From Candidatus Marinacidobacterales bacterium (lineage in GTDB: Bacteria > Acidobacteriota > Vicinamibacteria > Marinacidobacterales > SMYC01), in contig CBDCYI010000005.1 in the NCBI GenBank assembly GCA_965224085.1, forward strand, positions 800,001 to 864,000: a DNA stretch of 64,000 bases, in the 5' to 3' direction. Below are positions 1-9,014 of the stretch, piece by piece (position 1 is the first letter of the stretch; every line of letters begins with the position of its first letter). The position numbers and the translations under genes are program-made. The notes below the pieces were generated by a model, which did no database searches, was not told the DNA's origin, and saw only the letters and a program-made list of their open reading frames with translations.

Positions 1-41
1 CGATCGGGTCCGGATTCACGTGGAGATAGAAGAAAAACGCG

Positions 42-458
42 ATGACGGTCCTGCGTCGGTTCGTGGGCGCCCTTTTTGCCGCCGGAGTGCTGGGAATCGG
101 CATCGAGCTTTGCCTCCTCGGCCATACAGAAGATCGCTGGCAGCTCGTTCCGCTGGTGCTGCTCGGGCTCGGGCTACTCGCGCAGATTTGGCTCGTTTGG
201 CGCACAAGCGCCGCGAGCGTTCGCGCGTTCCGATCCCTGATGCTTTTATTCGTGCTCAGTGGTTTCGTGGGCCTCTACTTGCACTACAGCGCCAATGTCG
301 AGTTCGAGCTCGAGATGTATCCGTCGCTCAGAGGACTGAACCTGGTTCGGGAAGCTTTGACCGGCGCGCTGCCGGCGCTCGCTCCCGCGACCATGATGCA
401 TCTCGGGTTCTTGGGATTGGCGTCTACTTACCGATATCCGAAAGGAGTTACACCATGA
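42..458 (+). CDS. Hypothetical integral membrane protein (about 4 TM helices)
   Basis: 138 aa ORF with four hydrophobic stretches; its stop overlaps the next ATG (ATGA at 455-458). Confidence 0.7.
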   Translation: MTVLRRFVGALFAAGVLGIGIELCLLGHTEDRWQLVPLVLLGLGLLAQIWLVWRTSAASVRAFRSLMLLFVLSGFVGLYLHYSANVEFELEMYPSLRGLNLVREALTGALPALAPATMMHLGFLGLASTYRYPKGVTP

Positions 459-1099
459 AAATAAAAGCTTCGCTTGGGTTCGCCATAGCGCTACTCGTCG
501 CCTTTACCGCCGTGCATGGCGTCGCCCAGGTCGGTAAGAACGACGATGTGGTTAATCCGAACCTCGCCGGGAAAGACGAGCTCCTTCGCCTGGTACATCT
601 CGACGAGACCCTGGTCGAGTCGATCCTCGAGCGACGTCCGTCCATCGGCATGCTCGATCTCCACGGACTTCTGAAGCAAACCTTGAGCGAGGAAGCGCTC
701 GAGCAGCTCTACGCGCAACTATTCGTCCCGATCGATCTCAACACGGCGAGCCGTGAAGAGATCCTTCTCGTCCCCGGTGTCGGCCCCCGAATGGCCCACG
801 AGTTCGAAGAATACCGCCCCTATCAGGCCATGGCGCAATTCCGGCGAGAGATGGGCAAATATGTCGACGACGACGAGGTCGCGCGAATGGAGCAGTACGT
901 TTTCGTCCCCATCGATCTCAACGCGGCCAGCGAGGAAGACATTCTCACCATTCCGGGTGTCGGGCAACGCATGCTTCATGAGTTCATGGAGTACCGTCCC
1001 TACCGCAGCATCGCACAATTCCGGCGCGAGATCGGCAAGTATGTCGACGACGACGAGCTGAACCGCCTCGCGCGCTATGTGACGCTTCGAACCGAGTGA
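455..1099 (+). CDS. Secreted helix-hairpin-helix repeat protein (ComEA/PsbU-like HhH)
   Basis: RBS AAGGAG before ATG 455; signal peptide; two 60 aa repeats FVPIDLNxASxExILxxPGVGxRM spaced 180 nt apart. Confidence 0.75.
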   Translation: MKIKASLGFAIALLVAFTAVHGVAQVGKNDDVVNPNLAGKDELLRLVHLDETLVESILERRPSIGMLDLHGLLKQTLSEEALEQLYAQLFVPIDLNTASREEILLVPGVGPRMAHEFEEYRPYQAMAQFRREMGKYVDDDEVARMEQYVFVPIDLNAASEEDILTIPGVGQRMLHEFMEYRPYRSIAQFRREIGKYVDDDELNRLARYVTLRTE

Positions 1100-1273
1100 C
1101 GGACTGTCGAAGGCGCTTTGTTAGATAGGCCTCGCGCGCCACAGCCCGAGCGGTTCTTCTCTCCGTCGTCTCAGTGACATTCCGGCGACGCCCTGTACGC
1201 TTGCCGAAGCATCAGTGCAGCGAAAGCGTGTGTTGCGGGAAGAGTCGGTAGGAAATGTCTGTGTACAAGGCCT

Positions 1274-1346
1274 CATCCCGCGCCTCTGGCGCGAGGCCAG
1301 CATCCTCTCGCGCCTTTGGCGCGAGTCAGTCAGATCGTCTCGCGCC
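1274..1346. repeat. Two full and one partial tandem palindromic units (cgcgcc-tNt-ggcgcg) in the IS110 left end
   Basis: catcccgcgcctctggcgcgaggccag, then catcctctcgcgcctttggcgcgagtcag, then partial gatcgtctcgcgcc. Confidence 0.6.
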
Positions 1347-1511
1347 GGCAAGAAGAGGGTGAACCTGCTGTGCGACAATAGTGAGCCCCAGCCGCTACAA
1401 ACGACCGGGGCTCTGATGTTTGGATGGCCCCCGGAGGAGGCGCTCCACTACAAGTTGAAGCTAGCCTCTCACATCCGGGCGGCCATCGTCCAGCACTTTG
1501 CTGAGTTCCGA

Positions 1512-1925
1512 ATGGCCACCAAACCTGTCGTTCTTCTCCGGCTTTTCTGCCGCAACAAAAGCTGTGGGATGCCTTTCTTCATCTGCAAGTCATGTTACCA
1601 GGGACAGTGCTACTGCGGTCCAACCTGCCGTGACGAAACCCGGCGAGAGAACCAGCGCGAAAATAACCGAAATTACCAGAAAGGTTTCAACTCACGAAAA
1701 CTCCACGCGGCTCGGCAACAGAATTATCGTCTACGCCAGGCGGCGAAAATAGTGACGGAGCAAGGGTTCATTCACCCCAGTAATTCTGGCAGTCTAGGAG
1801 TTCGTGAAATTCAAGCTAGTGGCCCGATGGCTCATTCAATGAAAACGAAGATTGACAGTATCAGATATGCCAAATGCTGTATCTGCGGCCGACGCGGGAG
1901 GCTAAAGGATGTCGAAGCTGGGTAA
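1512..1925 (+). CDS. Cys-rich, basic, putative Zn-binding protein (IS accessory ORF)
   Basis: CRNKSC..CKSC..CYCGPTC followed by an Arg/Gln-rich helix and C-terminal CCIC; ATG 1512 is in frame with ORF 1215..1925. Confidence 0.65.
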   Translation: MATKPVVLLRLFCRNKSCGMPFFICKSCYQGQCYCGPTCRDETRRENQRENNRNYQKGFNSRKLHAARQQNYRLRQAAKIVTEQGFIHPSNSGSLGVREIQASGPMAHSMKTKIDSIRYAKCCICGRRGRLKDVEAG

Positions 1926-2325
1926 TGAACCGCTCACGAGCGATGCTCTGACAGAAAACAATTACGTCCGGACGATTTTGGACCTCTATCTTTCCATTCC
2001 GAACACACCTGAGCGGCCACGGCGCGACGACCGCTTCATCGCGACGCAGCTCTACCGCCAAGGAGTCCCGTTACACGAATTCGAGTGTGCCCTACTTCTG
2101 GGTTGCGCTCGTAGGGAGCTACAAGAACATGAGGAGCCACTGCAGCCCATTCGCTCCCTTCGTTATTTTTCACCTGTGCTCCAGGAAGTGCAAAGTCAAT
2201 ATCTAGACCCGCCTTATGTTCTTTACATTCGAGAAAAACTCTCGGACGTGCTTCGCCCGAAACTACCGAGAAAAAACCGAGCACGAACTCGTGGCATCGC
2301 GCGACAACTCCGATTGCCATGGTAG
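1909..2325 (+). CDS. Hypothetical protein (IS accessory ORF)
   Basis: 138 aa, overlaps the previous ORF; YVRTILDLY...IRSLRYF pattern resembles mobile-element-associated hypotheticals. Confidence 0.65.
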   Translation: MSKLGNEPLTSDALTENNYVRTILDLYLSIPNTPERPRRDDRFIATQLYRQGVPLHEFECALLLGCARRELQEHEEPLQPIRSLRYFSPVLQEVQSQYLDPPYVLYIREKLSDVLRPKLPRKNRARTRGIARQLRLPW

Positions 2326-2372
2326 AGCAAATATCACGATGAGCTTGGACTATTTTCGATTTCGTCAGCAGC

Positions 2373-2507
2373 TTGCCGGCAACGCCATACGTCGCCCTGC
2401 GCTCCTAGCGCCAGGAATGGACATGCGTGCCGGCAATTCTTTTGTGATGGACATCCAGTGGGGAGTTGCGCTTCGAGCGCCAGTACAGGGGCCGATGAAA
2501 CATCACA
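2373..2507 (+). ncRNA. Putative bridge RNA (target-binding loop 2373-2436, donor-binding loop 2443-2507)
   Basis: Two stem/internal-loop/hairpin units, each capped by gcgct-NNN-agcgc-ca; loop strands match the element junction sequences. Confidence 0.8.
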
Positions 2508-2532
2508 TGCGCTGGCGGAAATGAGTTCTTCC

Positions 2533-3789
2533 ATGAATCAACTCAAATACGACTTCTTCGTCGGTATCGACCTGGGTCAATGGCTTCACTTGGCCAGTGT
2601 GGTCGATGCCAAAGGTAACTTCTTGGCGGAGAGAGGCTTCCCCCATAGCCGCGAAGGACTATCGGGAACCATCGACTGGCTTTTGGAAGAGACCTCGCAA
2701 GATACCGAGCGCATCGCGGTGGCGATCGAAAAACCTCATGGGGCCGTCGTCGAGCTCTTTCTTGACCACGGCATCGCCATTTTCTCCATCAATCCCAAGC
2801 AGGTCGACCGTTTCCGCGACCGGCATTCTATGAGCGGCGCCAAGGATGATCGGCGAGACGCCTTCGTTCTCGCCGATTCGCTCAGAACCGACGGCCACCG
2901 CTTTCAGCGCTTGCATCTCCCACCTACGGAGATCCTCGCTATGCGCGGGTTGCTGAGTACCCGCGACCAACTCGTCAAAAACCATGTGGCCCTCAGCTCG
3001 CAGATCCGAGAACTCCTTACTCGTTGCTGGCCTCACCTCGTCTCGCTCGCGCCAAAGGACAAGGCTCTCGACGCTTTTTTCTGCGAGCTCCTAAAACTCT
3101 TCTTCGAATCCAGCCCCAACCCTCTTAGCCGCCACTCCATTGAGACCCTCGCTCAAAAACACCGCATCCGACGTCTAAAACCCGAGAAGATCCTCGATAC
3201 CCTCAAACAAAAACCTCTCCGGGTCGCAACCGCAACCACTCAAGCTACCGCCGAGCATCTCCAACTACTACTCCAGCAGTTGCTCCTCGTTCGACAACAT
3301 CGTCGTGCCTCCGACCAGCATCTCGAGAAGTGGTTCAAGCGCGTGCAAGCACTAACCGACGAGCATTGCTCCGACCCTGCCATTCTTGCCTCTTTGCCCG
3401 GCGTCGGTGCTTACGTGCTCGCCTCCGTGCTCTGCTATGCCCACGACCCCATTCGGCTCCGTAATCTCAACGCCTTCAGGACTCTCGGCGGCATTGCTCC
3501 TGTCACAAAAAAGAGCGGCAAGCGCGGTCAGTTGCGACCAACGATCCTGATGAGGAGAGCTCGCTCTTTGCCCCTCAATAATGCTCTCCACCATTGGGCA
3601 CGCACTGCCGTTTTGCACGACCCCCACTTCAAAGAACACTACGACCGGCTTCGTGACAGAGGCCACAGCCATGCCAGAGCTCTCAGAGGCGTCATGGACC
3701 GCATTCTCCCCATCGCCATTGCGATGCTTCGACAAGGAACCCTTTACGACCCCTCCCGGTGGCCCACAAAAAAAGCGAATCGCGGATGA
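2533..3789 (+). CDS. IS110-family recombinase/transposase
   Basis: RuvC-like DEDD motifs (VGIDLG, IEKP, KDDRRDAF); C-terminal LPGVG and GIAPVTKKSGK with the conserved Ser. ATG 2521 is an alternative start. Confidence 0.93.
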   Translation: MNQLKYDFFVGIDLGQWLHLASVVDAKGNFLAERGFPHSREGLSGTIDWLLEETSQDTERIAVAIEKPHGAVVELFLDHGIAIFSINPKQVDRFRDRHSMSGAKDDRRDAFVLADSLRTDGHRFQRLHLPPTEILAMRGLLSTRDQLVKNHVALSSQIRELLTRCWPHLVSLAPKDKALDAFFCELLKLFFESSPNPLSRHSIETLAQKHRIRRLKPEKILDTLKQKPLRVATATTQATAEHLQLLLQQLLLVRQHRRASDQHLEKWFKRVQALTDEHCSDPAILASLPGVGAYVLASVLCYAHDPIRLRNLNAFRTLGGIAPVTKKSGKRGQLRPTILMRRARSLPLNNALHHWARTAVLHDPHFKEHYDRLRDRGHSHARALRGVMDRILPIAIAMLRQGTLYDPSRWPTKKANRG

Positions 3790-3846
3790 CTATTACGAAG
3801 AACGTTTTCTCTTGATCCGGCGTGGGGAGTCCATTCCCCCTAAAGG

Positions 3847-4179
3847 CTAGATTCCGAGCCGTCGCTTGTCTGGAAGCCGGGCCTCTTTTGGAATGGACTT
3901 CATCCACTTGGAGACGCGGGCGACTATCCGGTCTTTGGTTCTCTCTTTTTCAAGCGGGTCTGGCGACTCGTGCAGGTGGATGTCGAGCGCGATCCTGCCT
4001 GCAGCCTCATCTGCGTAGACACTTCTCTCTCGGGACCATTTACCCTTTACTCTCCACAGCCTGTCTCCACCCATCCATCCCTTTTCCTCAACCCATCTTA
4101 GGCTGTGGATTCTCATGAGGCTCACTTCAATTTCTCGCTCAAACAGCTCCCATCGTTCGGGGTCGTAGCTCGTCTTCAA
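3847..4179 (-). CDS. Hypothetical protein
   Basis: 110 aa ORF with protein-like composition and a GGAG upstream; no motif recognised. Confidence 0.45.
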   Translation of the reverse strand: MKTSYDPERWELFEREIEVSLMRIHSLRWVEEKGWMGGDRLWRVKGKWSRERSVYADEAAGRIALDIHLHESPDPLEKERTKDRIVARVSKWMKSIPKEARLPDKRRLGI

Positions 4180-4385
4180 AACGCCTCCTCGGGAAAACGA
4201 CTGGAGGAGAGCTCACACGCTTGCGCCTTGATCCGCTCAATGCGCCTCGGTCAGCTTGGTCCAGGCTAATTGATTCTCTGACACAACCCTGCAATTTAGC
4301 ATATCTTGTGGTTCTGGCGTTTGGCAAAGAAGTCTTGACAAGAACGTCTTTTTGAGGCACCTACAGCCGTTCCTCTGAGGACCGG

Positions 4386-4668
4386 ATGCAAGGATTCTCA
4401 CTTTTCGAAGCCCAGGCCGGCACCGCCGCACGGCGTTTTCTCTATTCCTCTATCTTTTGGCTGCTGCTTCCGGGGGCCTTTGGCTTGGTTCTCGCGTCGC
4501 TTCTCTATGTGCCCGAGCTTCACGACCGGCTACCCATGGCGGTCAAGCCCTATCTGAGCTTCGGCCGGCTTCGGCCAACCCATGTGAATTTGACGGTTTT
4601 CGGATGGCTTTCGATGGTTTATTGCGGGGCCATCCTTTATATCTTGCCTCGGCTCACGCGGGCGCCGA
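4386..4668 (+). pseudogene. N-terminal fragment of a cbb3-type/heme-copper oxidase subunit I-like protein
   Basis: LSFGRLRPTHVNLTVFGWLSM..ILYILPRLT matches the CcoN N-terminus; similarity stops after about 94 aa and the frame runs antisense into the next gene. Confidence 0.65.
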
Positions 4669-4709
4669 GGAAAAGCGCAACAGAGAAGAGCCGTTCGGCG
4701 GGCGCACCG

Positions 4710-6746
4710 CTAGTTCGTGCCGGCTGGAGCGTAAATCGTAAGGCGCTCTCCAGCTACGATGCGGTCGGAGCTCATCTGATTCCACCGGCGGATCTCTTCG
4801 ACGGTGACGCTGAAGCGGCGAGCAATCGTCGAGAGCGTATCGCCACGCCGAATGCGATAGCGCGTCGTTGTCGATGCGGAAACTTCGGCTATTGCCGTCG
4901 CTTCACGGACACGAAGCTTCTGGCCGGAAACTATCCGCGTCTGGCGGCTCGAGAAACCGTTCAAGCGCCGCAGCACCGAAAGACCGAGGCCGTGTGCTTC
5001 GGCGATGTGCCCGAGTGTGTCTCCGGGCTGCACGATATAGATGTCGGTGTCGCTCGGCACCAGCGACGAGGACGATGCCGAGCGCGTGTTGCGCGCGGCT
5101 CGCTCGATGACGACGAGCCTTTGACCGGGATAGATGCGGCTTGAGCGCGGCCGCAATCCGTTCAACTCACGCAGCAGTCGAAGTGACATGTTGAACGAGG
5201 TCGAGATCTCACCGAGCGTATCGCCCCGTTGCACGAGGTAGACCTCCTGACCGTTCTCGGCCACCGCTTCTCGCCTCTGCACGGCACGGATGCGCTGGGC
5301 GCCCGCGCCCGGAGGCACGGGAACGGTGAGCACTTGTCCAGGATGAATGAGGGAGCGCCGGCTGATGTCGTTGGCGGCGGTGAGCGCATTCACGGTCGTA
5401 CCATAGCGGCTCGCGATCTGGGACAGCGTGTCGCCGCGGCGGACGACATGCGTCCCGAAACGCACCCGCTCCGCCTCCGGAATCTCTGCGAGCGCGGCGC
5501 GAAACACTTCGGTGGTTCCTTTGGGGACACGCAGGGCGTAATTTTCGCTGTCGAGAGGAGTCACCCAACGGCGGAGCTCGGGGTTCAGAAACTTCATGTC
5601 GTCGACGCTCACGCCCGCGGACTTGGCCGCAGTCGCGAGATCCACGGGATATTCGACACGCACGACGTCATATTCGAGCGGCGCAGTCGTGGGAGGCTCG
5701 AAGCCATACTCCTCGGGGTTTTTGGCGACCACGATCGCGGCGAGAATGAGCGGCACATAGCTCCGCGTTTCGCGCGGGAGCACGCGGCGTTTCGCGTGAA
5801 CCCAGAAATCACGGCTCCCGGTGCGCCGGATCGCGCGCTCTACACGCCTAGACCCGGAGTTATAGGCAGCCATCACGAGATACCAATCGCCAAACTGTTC
5901 GTAGAGGTCCTTCAGGTGGCGTGCCGCCGCGCGCGTCGCTTTTTCCGGATTGAAGCGATCGTCGACCCAAAAATCTTGCCGAAGGTCGTAACGCTGTCCG
6001 GTGCCGCGGATGAACTGCCAGATGCCTCGCGCACCTGCTCGCGACATCGCGCGAGATTTGAAAGCACTCTCGACCATCGCGAGGTAGAGCAGATCCTGGG
6101 GCATGTCTTCTTCGGCAAAGATCTCTTCGATCATCGAGCGGTAATAACCGGAGCGGTCGAGGGCCTCTTGGAACCAATCGTGGCGGCGAAGCTGGTACAT
6201 CTCGATGATGGAGCGCACCCGCGCATTCAGCACGATCGGGATGTCGTAGGTCGCGGTGGGCAGATCGGCCTCCGCCGCGGCACCGACGTCTTCGGGAAAC
6301 TCCTCGAGCGCATCGCTCGTCAGCTCGTCGACGGCCGCGAACTCGAATTGCTCCTGCGCATCCGCATCAAGAGCGCTGCGTTCCGTTTCCTGGACGGTCG
6401 CGATGATCTCGTCATAGAGTTGCGCCGACTCCGGGTAAGCGGCGATGCCACCGGGAGCATCCAAAAGCAGGTCGACCGCGCGATCGAGAGCGAGCCGCGC
6501 TTCGCTCCAATTACCGCGATGCGCGAGCTCCTCGCCTTTGTCGAGCTCGATGCGCGCTTGGCGCACGGCTGCGCGCTGGAGCGATGCTGTGACTTCCGCG
6601 GTCGGCGGCGGTTCGGGTCCAGATGCGGGCTTCTTAGACGAGCAGGAAGCGGCCACCAGGCCAAAAGAACAAATCCATATCCATCGCCAAATCCATGGGT
6701 GGGAAAGCTCCAGCACGCGCAAACCTCCAAGTAGTCTTGCTTTCAC
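4710..6746 (-). CDS. mltD: Membrane-bound lytic murein transglycosylase, MltD-like (SLT domain plus 4 LysM), lipoprotein
   Basis: Lipobox VAASC; VESAF, GIWQF, AAYNSG and ETRSYV motifs; four GDTL LysM repeats. Confidence 0.85.
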   Translation of the reverse strand: MKARLLGGLRVLELSHPWIWRWIWICSFGLVAASCSSKKPASGPEPPPTAEVTASLQRAAVRQARIELDKGEELAHRGNWSEARLALDRAVDLLLDAPGGIAAYPESAQLYDEIIATVQETERSALDADAQEQFEFAAVDELTSDALEEFPEDVGAAAEADLPTATYDIPIVLNARVRSIIEMYQLRRHDWFQEALDRSGYYRSMIEEIFAEEDMPQDLLYLAMVESAFKSRAMSRAGARGIWQFIRGTGQRYDLRQDFWVDDRFNPEKATRAAARHLKDLYEQFGDWYLVMAAYNSGSRRVERAIRRTGSRDFWVHAKRRVLPRETRSYVPLILAAIVVAKNPEEYGFEPPTTAPLEYDVVRVEYPVDLATAAKSAGVSVDDMKFLNPELRRWVTPLDSENYALRVPKGTTEVFRAALAEIPEAERVRFGTHVVRRGDTLSQIASRYGTTVNALTAANDISRRSLIHPGQVLTVPVPPGAGAQRIRAVQRREAVAENGQEVYLVQRGDTLGEISTSFNMSLRLLRELNGLRPRSSRIYPGQRLVVIERAARNTRSASSSSLVPSDTDIYIVQPGDTLGHIAEAHGLGLSVLRRLNGFSSRQTRIVSGQKLRVREATAIAEVSASTTTRYRIRRGDTLSTIARRFSVTVEEIRRWNQMSSDRIVAGERLTIYAPAGTN

Positions 6747-8482
6747 ACCCGCACGAAAATATTGTGATCGTTGCCGAGCTCACGTGCCGATGGCGTGATG
6801 ACCGTCGCGGGACTGACGGGCAGCTTTCGACCGTCGCTCACGGCGCCCCGTACATCGTCCTCCGAAACGAACTCGAGTGCAACCACTGCCGGGGCGGGCC
6901 CTTCGCTCGACGAAGCGGTCGTCGCCTGGGAAGCCTCAGCTTCGAATGAAGCATCGGAGCCACGGCTCCGAGGCGACGTCACGCCGCGGCTTTCGAGAAA
7001 CGAGGAGACGCGAGATTCGAGCGGGACCTGTCGCGCGCCCGTAGCGGTCGAGGGCACGGCCCGAGGCGGCGGCGCGGTGATCTCCCCCGTATAGCCGTAA
7101 GCCTCGAGCGCTTTGGCGACGTCGACACCGCGAATCTCATAGGCGAGCCGCTTCACGTTGATGAGGTGAAGCGGCGTGATGTTGTCGGAGGTGATGTTCC
7201 CTCCGTAAGAGCCGCAGCCGAGAGTCATCGCGGGCGCGAGCCCTGTGCTGAAGCCCACCGCGCCATGAGTGGCCGACGAGTTGGCCACTATCCGCGAGGC
7301 GGGCTTTTGAAGCGCAAACTCGCGGATGATGTCGTTGTTTTTCGAGTGGATGGAAAGGGTGTGTCCCATGCCTCCGTAGCGGAGCACTTGCTTCGCGCGC
7401 TCGCAGCCCTCTTTCCAGTCCTTGACCACGTAGAAGGCCAAGATGGGCGAGAGCTTCTCGATCGAGAGCGGATAGTCGCGGCCCACTCCGTTGAGCTCGA
7501 CCACCAGGGCGCGCGTGCCTTCGGGCACTGAGGAAGAGAAGCCGACCTTTTCCGCGATGAAGCCCGCGCTCTTCCCGACGATTTCCGGATTGGCGAGCCT
7601 CGACGGCAAGACAGCGACCTGCGCGAGCGTCGCCGCCTGCTCACTCGAGAGAAAGTAGCCGCCTTCGTGTTGCACTTGCTCCCGCACCTCGCGCTCGATG
7701 GCGCGATCGCAGATCAACGCTTGCTCAGAACAGCACAGGGTTCCGTTGTCGTAGCTCTTGCCCGTAATGATGTCGCGCACTGCTTTGGGAACGTCGGCCG
7801 AGGACTCGATATATGCAGGCACGTTTCCCGGACCGACGCCGAATGCGGGTTTTCCCGAGCTATAAGCGGCGCGAACGAGCCCCATCCCGCCCGTCGCCAG
7901 GATCACGGACGTGCGGCGATGGCTCATCAGCTCTTGCGTTGCTTGCAGCGAAACCTCGCTCAAACAGGCCACAATCCCTTCCGGCGCCCCCGCAGCAATG
8001 GCAGCACGCTCCATGACCTCGGTCGTCTTTAGAATGCAGTTCTTGGCCGCTGGATGCGGCGAGAGCACGACGCCGTTGCGTGATTTGAGACAGATGAGGA
8101 TTTTGTAGATGGCGGTCGAGGTCGGGTTGGTCGAGGGGATGACGGCCGCAACAACGCCCACCGGCTCCGCAATCTCGTACACTTTGCGTTCAGGGTTCTC
8201 GCGAATGATTCCGACCGTCTTCATGTCGCGGATGAACGCGTAGAGGTCTTCGGCAGCGAATTTGTTCTTGATGAATTTGTGCTCGACGACACCGTAGCCT
8301 GTCTCTTCGACCGCGAGCTTCGCGAGCTCGTACGACGCGTCGGAGGCCGCGACAGCACTTGCGGCGACGATGCGGTCGACCTCCTCCTGGCTCGAATGCG
8401 CGTAGCTCTCCCAAGCTTCGCGGGCGGCGAGCACCAAGTCGCGCGCTTGTTGTATCGACCGGAGGTCCTTGTCGCTAGCCAT
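6743..8482 (-). CDS. CoA-acylating aldehyde dehydrogenase (EutE/PduP/AdhE-N type), BMC-associated, with C-terminal extension
   Basis: [26 protein letters not shown] and EKLSP motifs; start MASDKDL at 8482. Confidence 0.9.
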   Translation of the reverse strand: MASDKDLRSIQQARDLVLAAREAWESYAHSSQEEVDRIVAASAVAASDASYELAKLAVEETGYGVVEHKFIKNKFAAEDLYAFIRDMKTVGIIRENPERKVYEIAEPVGVVAAVIPSTNPTSTAIYKILICLKSRNGVVLSPHPAAKNCILKTTEVMERAAIAAGAPEGIVACLSEVSLQATQELMSHRRTSVILATGGMGLVRAAYSSGKPAFGVGPGNVPAYIESSADVPKAVRDIITGKSYDNGTLCCSEQALICDRAIEREVREQVQHEGGYFLSSEQAATLAQVAVLPSRLANPEIVGKSAGFIAEKVGFSSSVPEGTRALVVELNGVGRDYPLSIEKLSPILAFYVVKDWKEGCERAKQVLRYGGMGHTLSIHSKNNDIIREFALQKPASRIVANSSATHGAVGFSTGLAPAMTLGCGSYGGNITSDNITPLHLINVKRLAYEIRGVDVAKALEAYGYTGEITAPPPRAVPSTATGARQVPLESRVSSFLESRGVTSPRSRGSDASFEAEASQATTASSSEGPAPAVVALEFVSEDDVRGAVSDGRKLPVSPATVITPSARELGNDHNIFVRV

Positions 8483-8493
8483 GTCCACTCGGA

Positions 8494-8784
8494 TTAGGGC
8501 TTGGGCAACACCGCTTCGACATCGCCATAAGGTCTTGGGATGACGTGCACCGCGATGAGCTCGCCCACGCGACGCTCGGCGGCGGCGCCTGCATCGGTGG
8601 CAGCCTTGACCGCAGCAATGTCTCCGCGCACCATGACTGTCACATAGCCGGCGTCGATCGTCTCGTAACCAACGCAATCGACGCCCGCCGCTTTGACCAT
8701 CGCATCCGAAGCCTCAATCGCGGATATGAGGCCGTGCGTTTCCACCATGCCTAGCGCTTTACCCTTTGCAAATGGATCGGCCAT
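8494..8784 (-). CDS. Bacterial microcompartment hexameric shell protein (BMC-H, EutM/PduA-like)
   Basis: [24 protein letters not shown] and HVIPRP motifs. Confidence 0.95.
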   Translation of the reverse strand: MADPFAKGKALGMVETHGLISAIEASDAMVKAAGVDCVGYETIDAGYVTVMVRGDIAAVKAATDAGAAAERRVGELIAVHVIPRPYGDVEAVLPKP

Positions 8785-9014
8785 TAACTAGACGTGCTCG
8801 TCGCTAAGTTGTTCAAAATGTGGCCCCTTCGATTGGTGACGACTATAGCAAAGCGGTCGAAACCAGGTCAAGAAAAGGAGCGTCCGCGCCCCGTCGCCCT
8901 CAAGATATTGACGGAGGCGAGGCGCTATGACATACTCCCGAGTTTGCTTGCGGAGATGTTGGCGAAAGCCGCAACGGATTCGGGAGCGAACGCAAACGAG
9001 GAGGTTTGTAGGGC

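Larger units (their letters stand above)
1194..3832 (+). mobile_element. IS110-family element with two accessory ORFs and an internal bridge RNA
   Basis: Core CC at 1192-1193 and 3831-3832. Both junctions match guide segments in 2373-2507. Joining the ends creates TTGATC-N17-TACGCT. Confidence 0.85.

Noticed and set aside
1274-1346. Possible mini-CRISPR array
   Set aside because: Only 2-3 abutting degenerate units, no spacers and no cas genes.
2376-2388. CCGGCAACGCCAT resembling the left target flank as an alternative guide
   Set aside because: It lies in the closing stem and implies a core register giving an 18 bp promoter spacer and asymmetric loops; the 2390-2397 register fits better.
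5229-6734. Long antisense ORFs (also 37742..39526, 51369..53279, 62806..63963)
   Set aside because: Shadow frames of well-supported opposite-strand genes in GC-rich DNA, with no motifs of their own.
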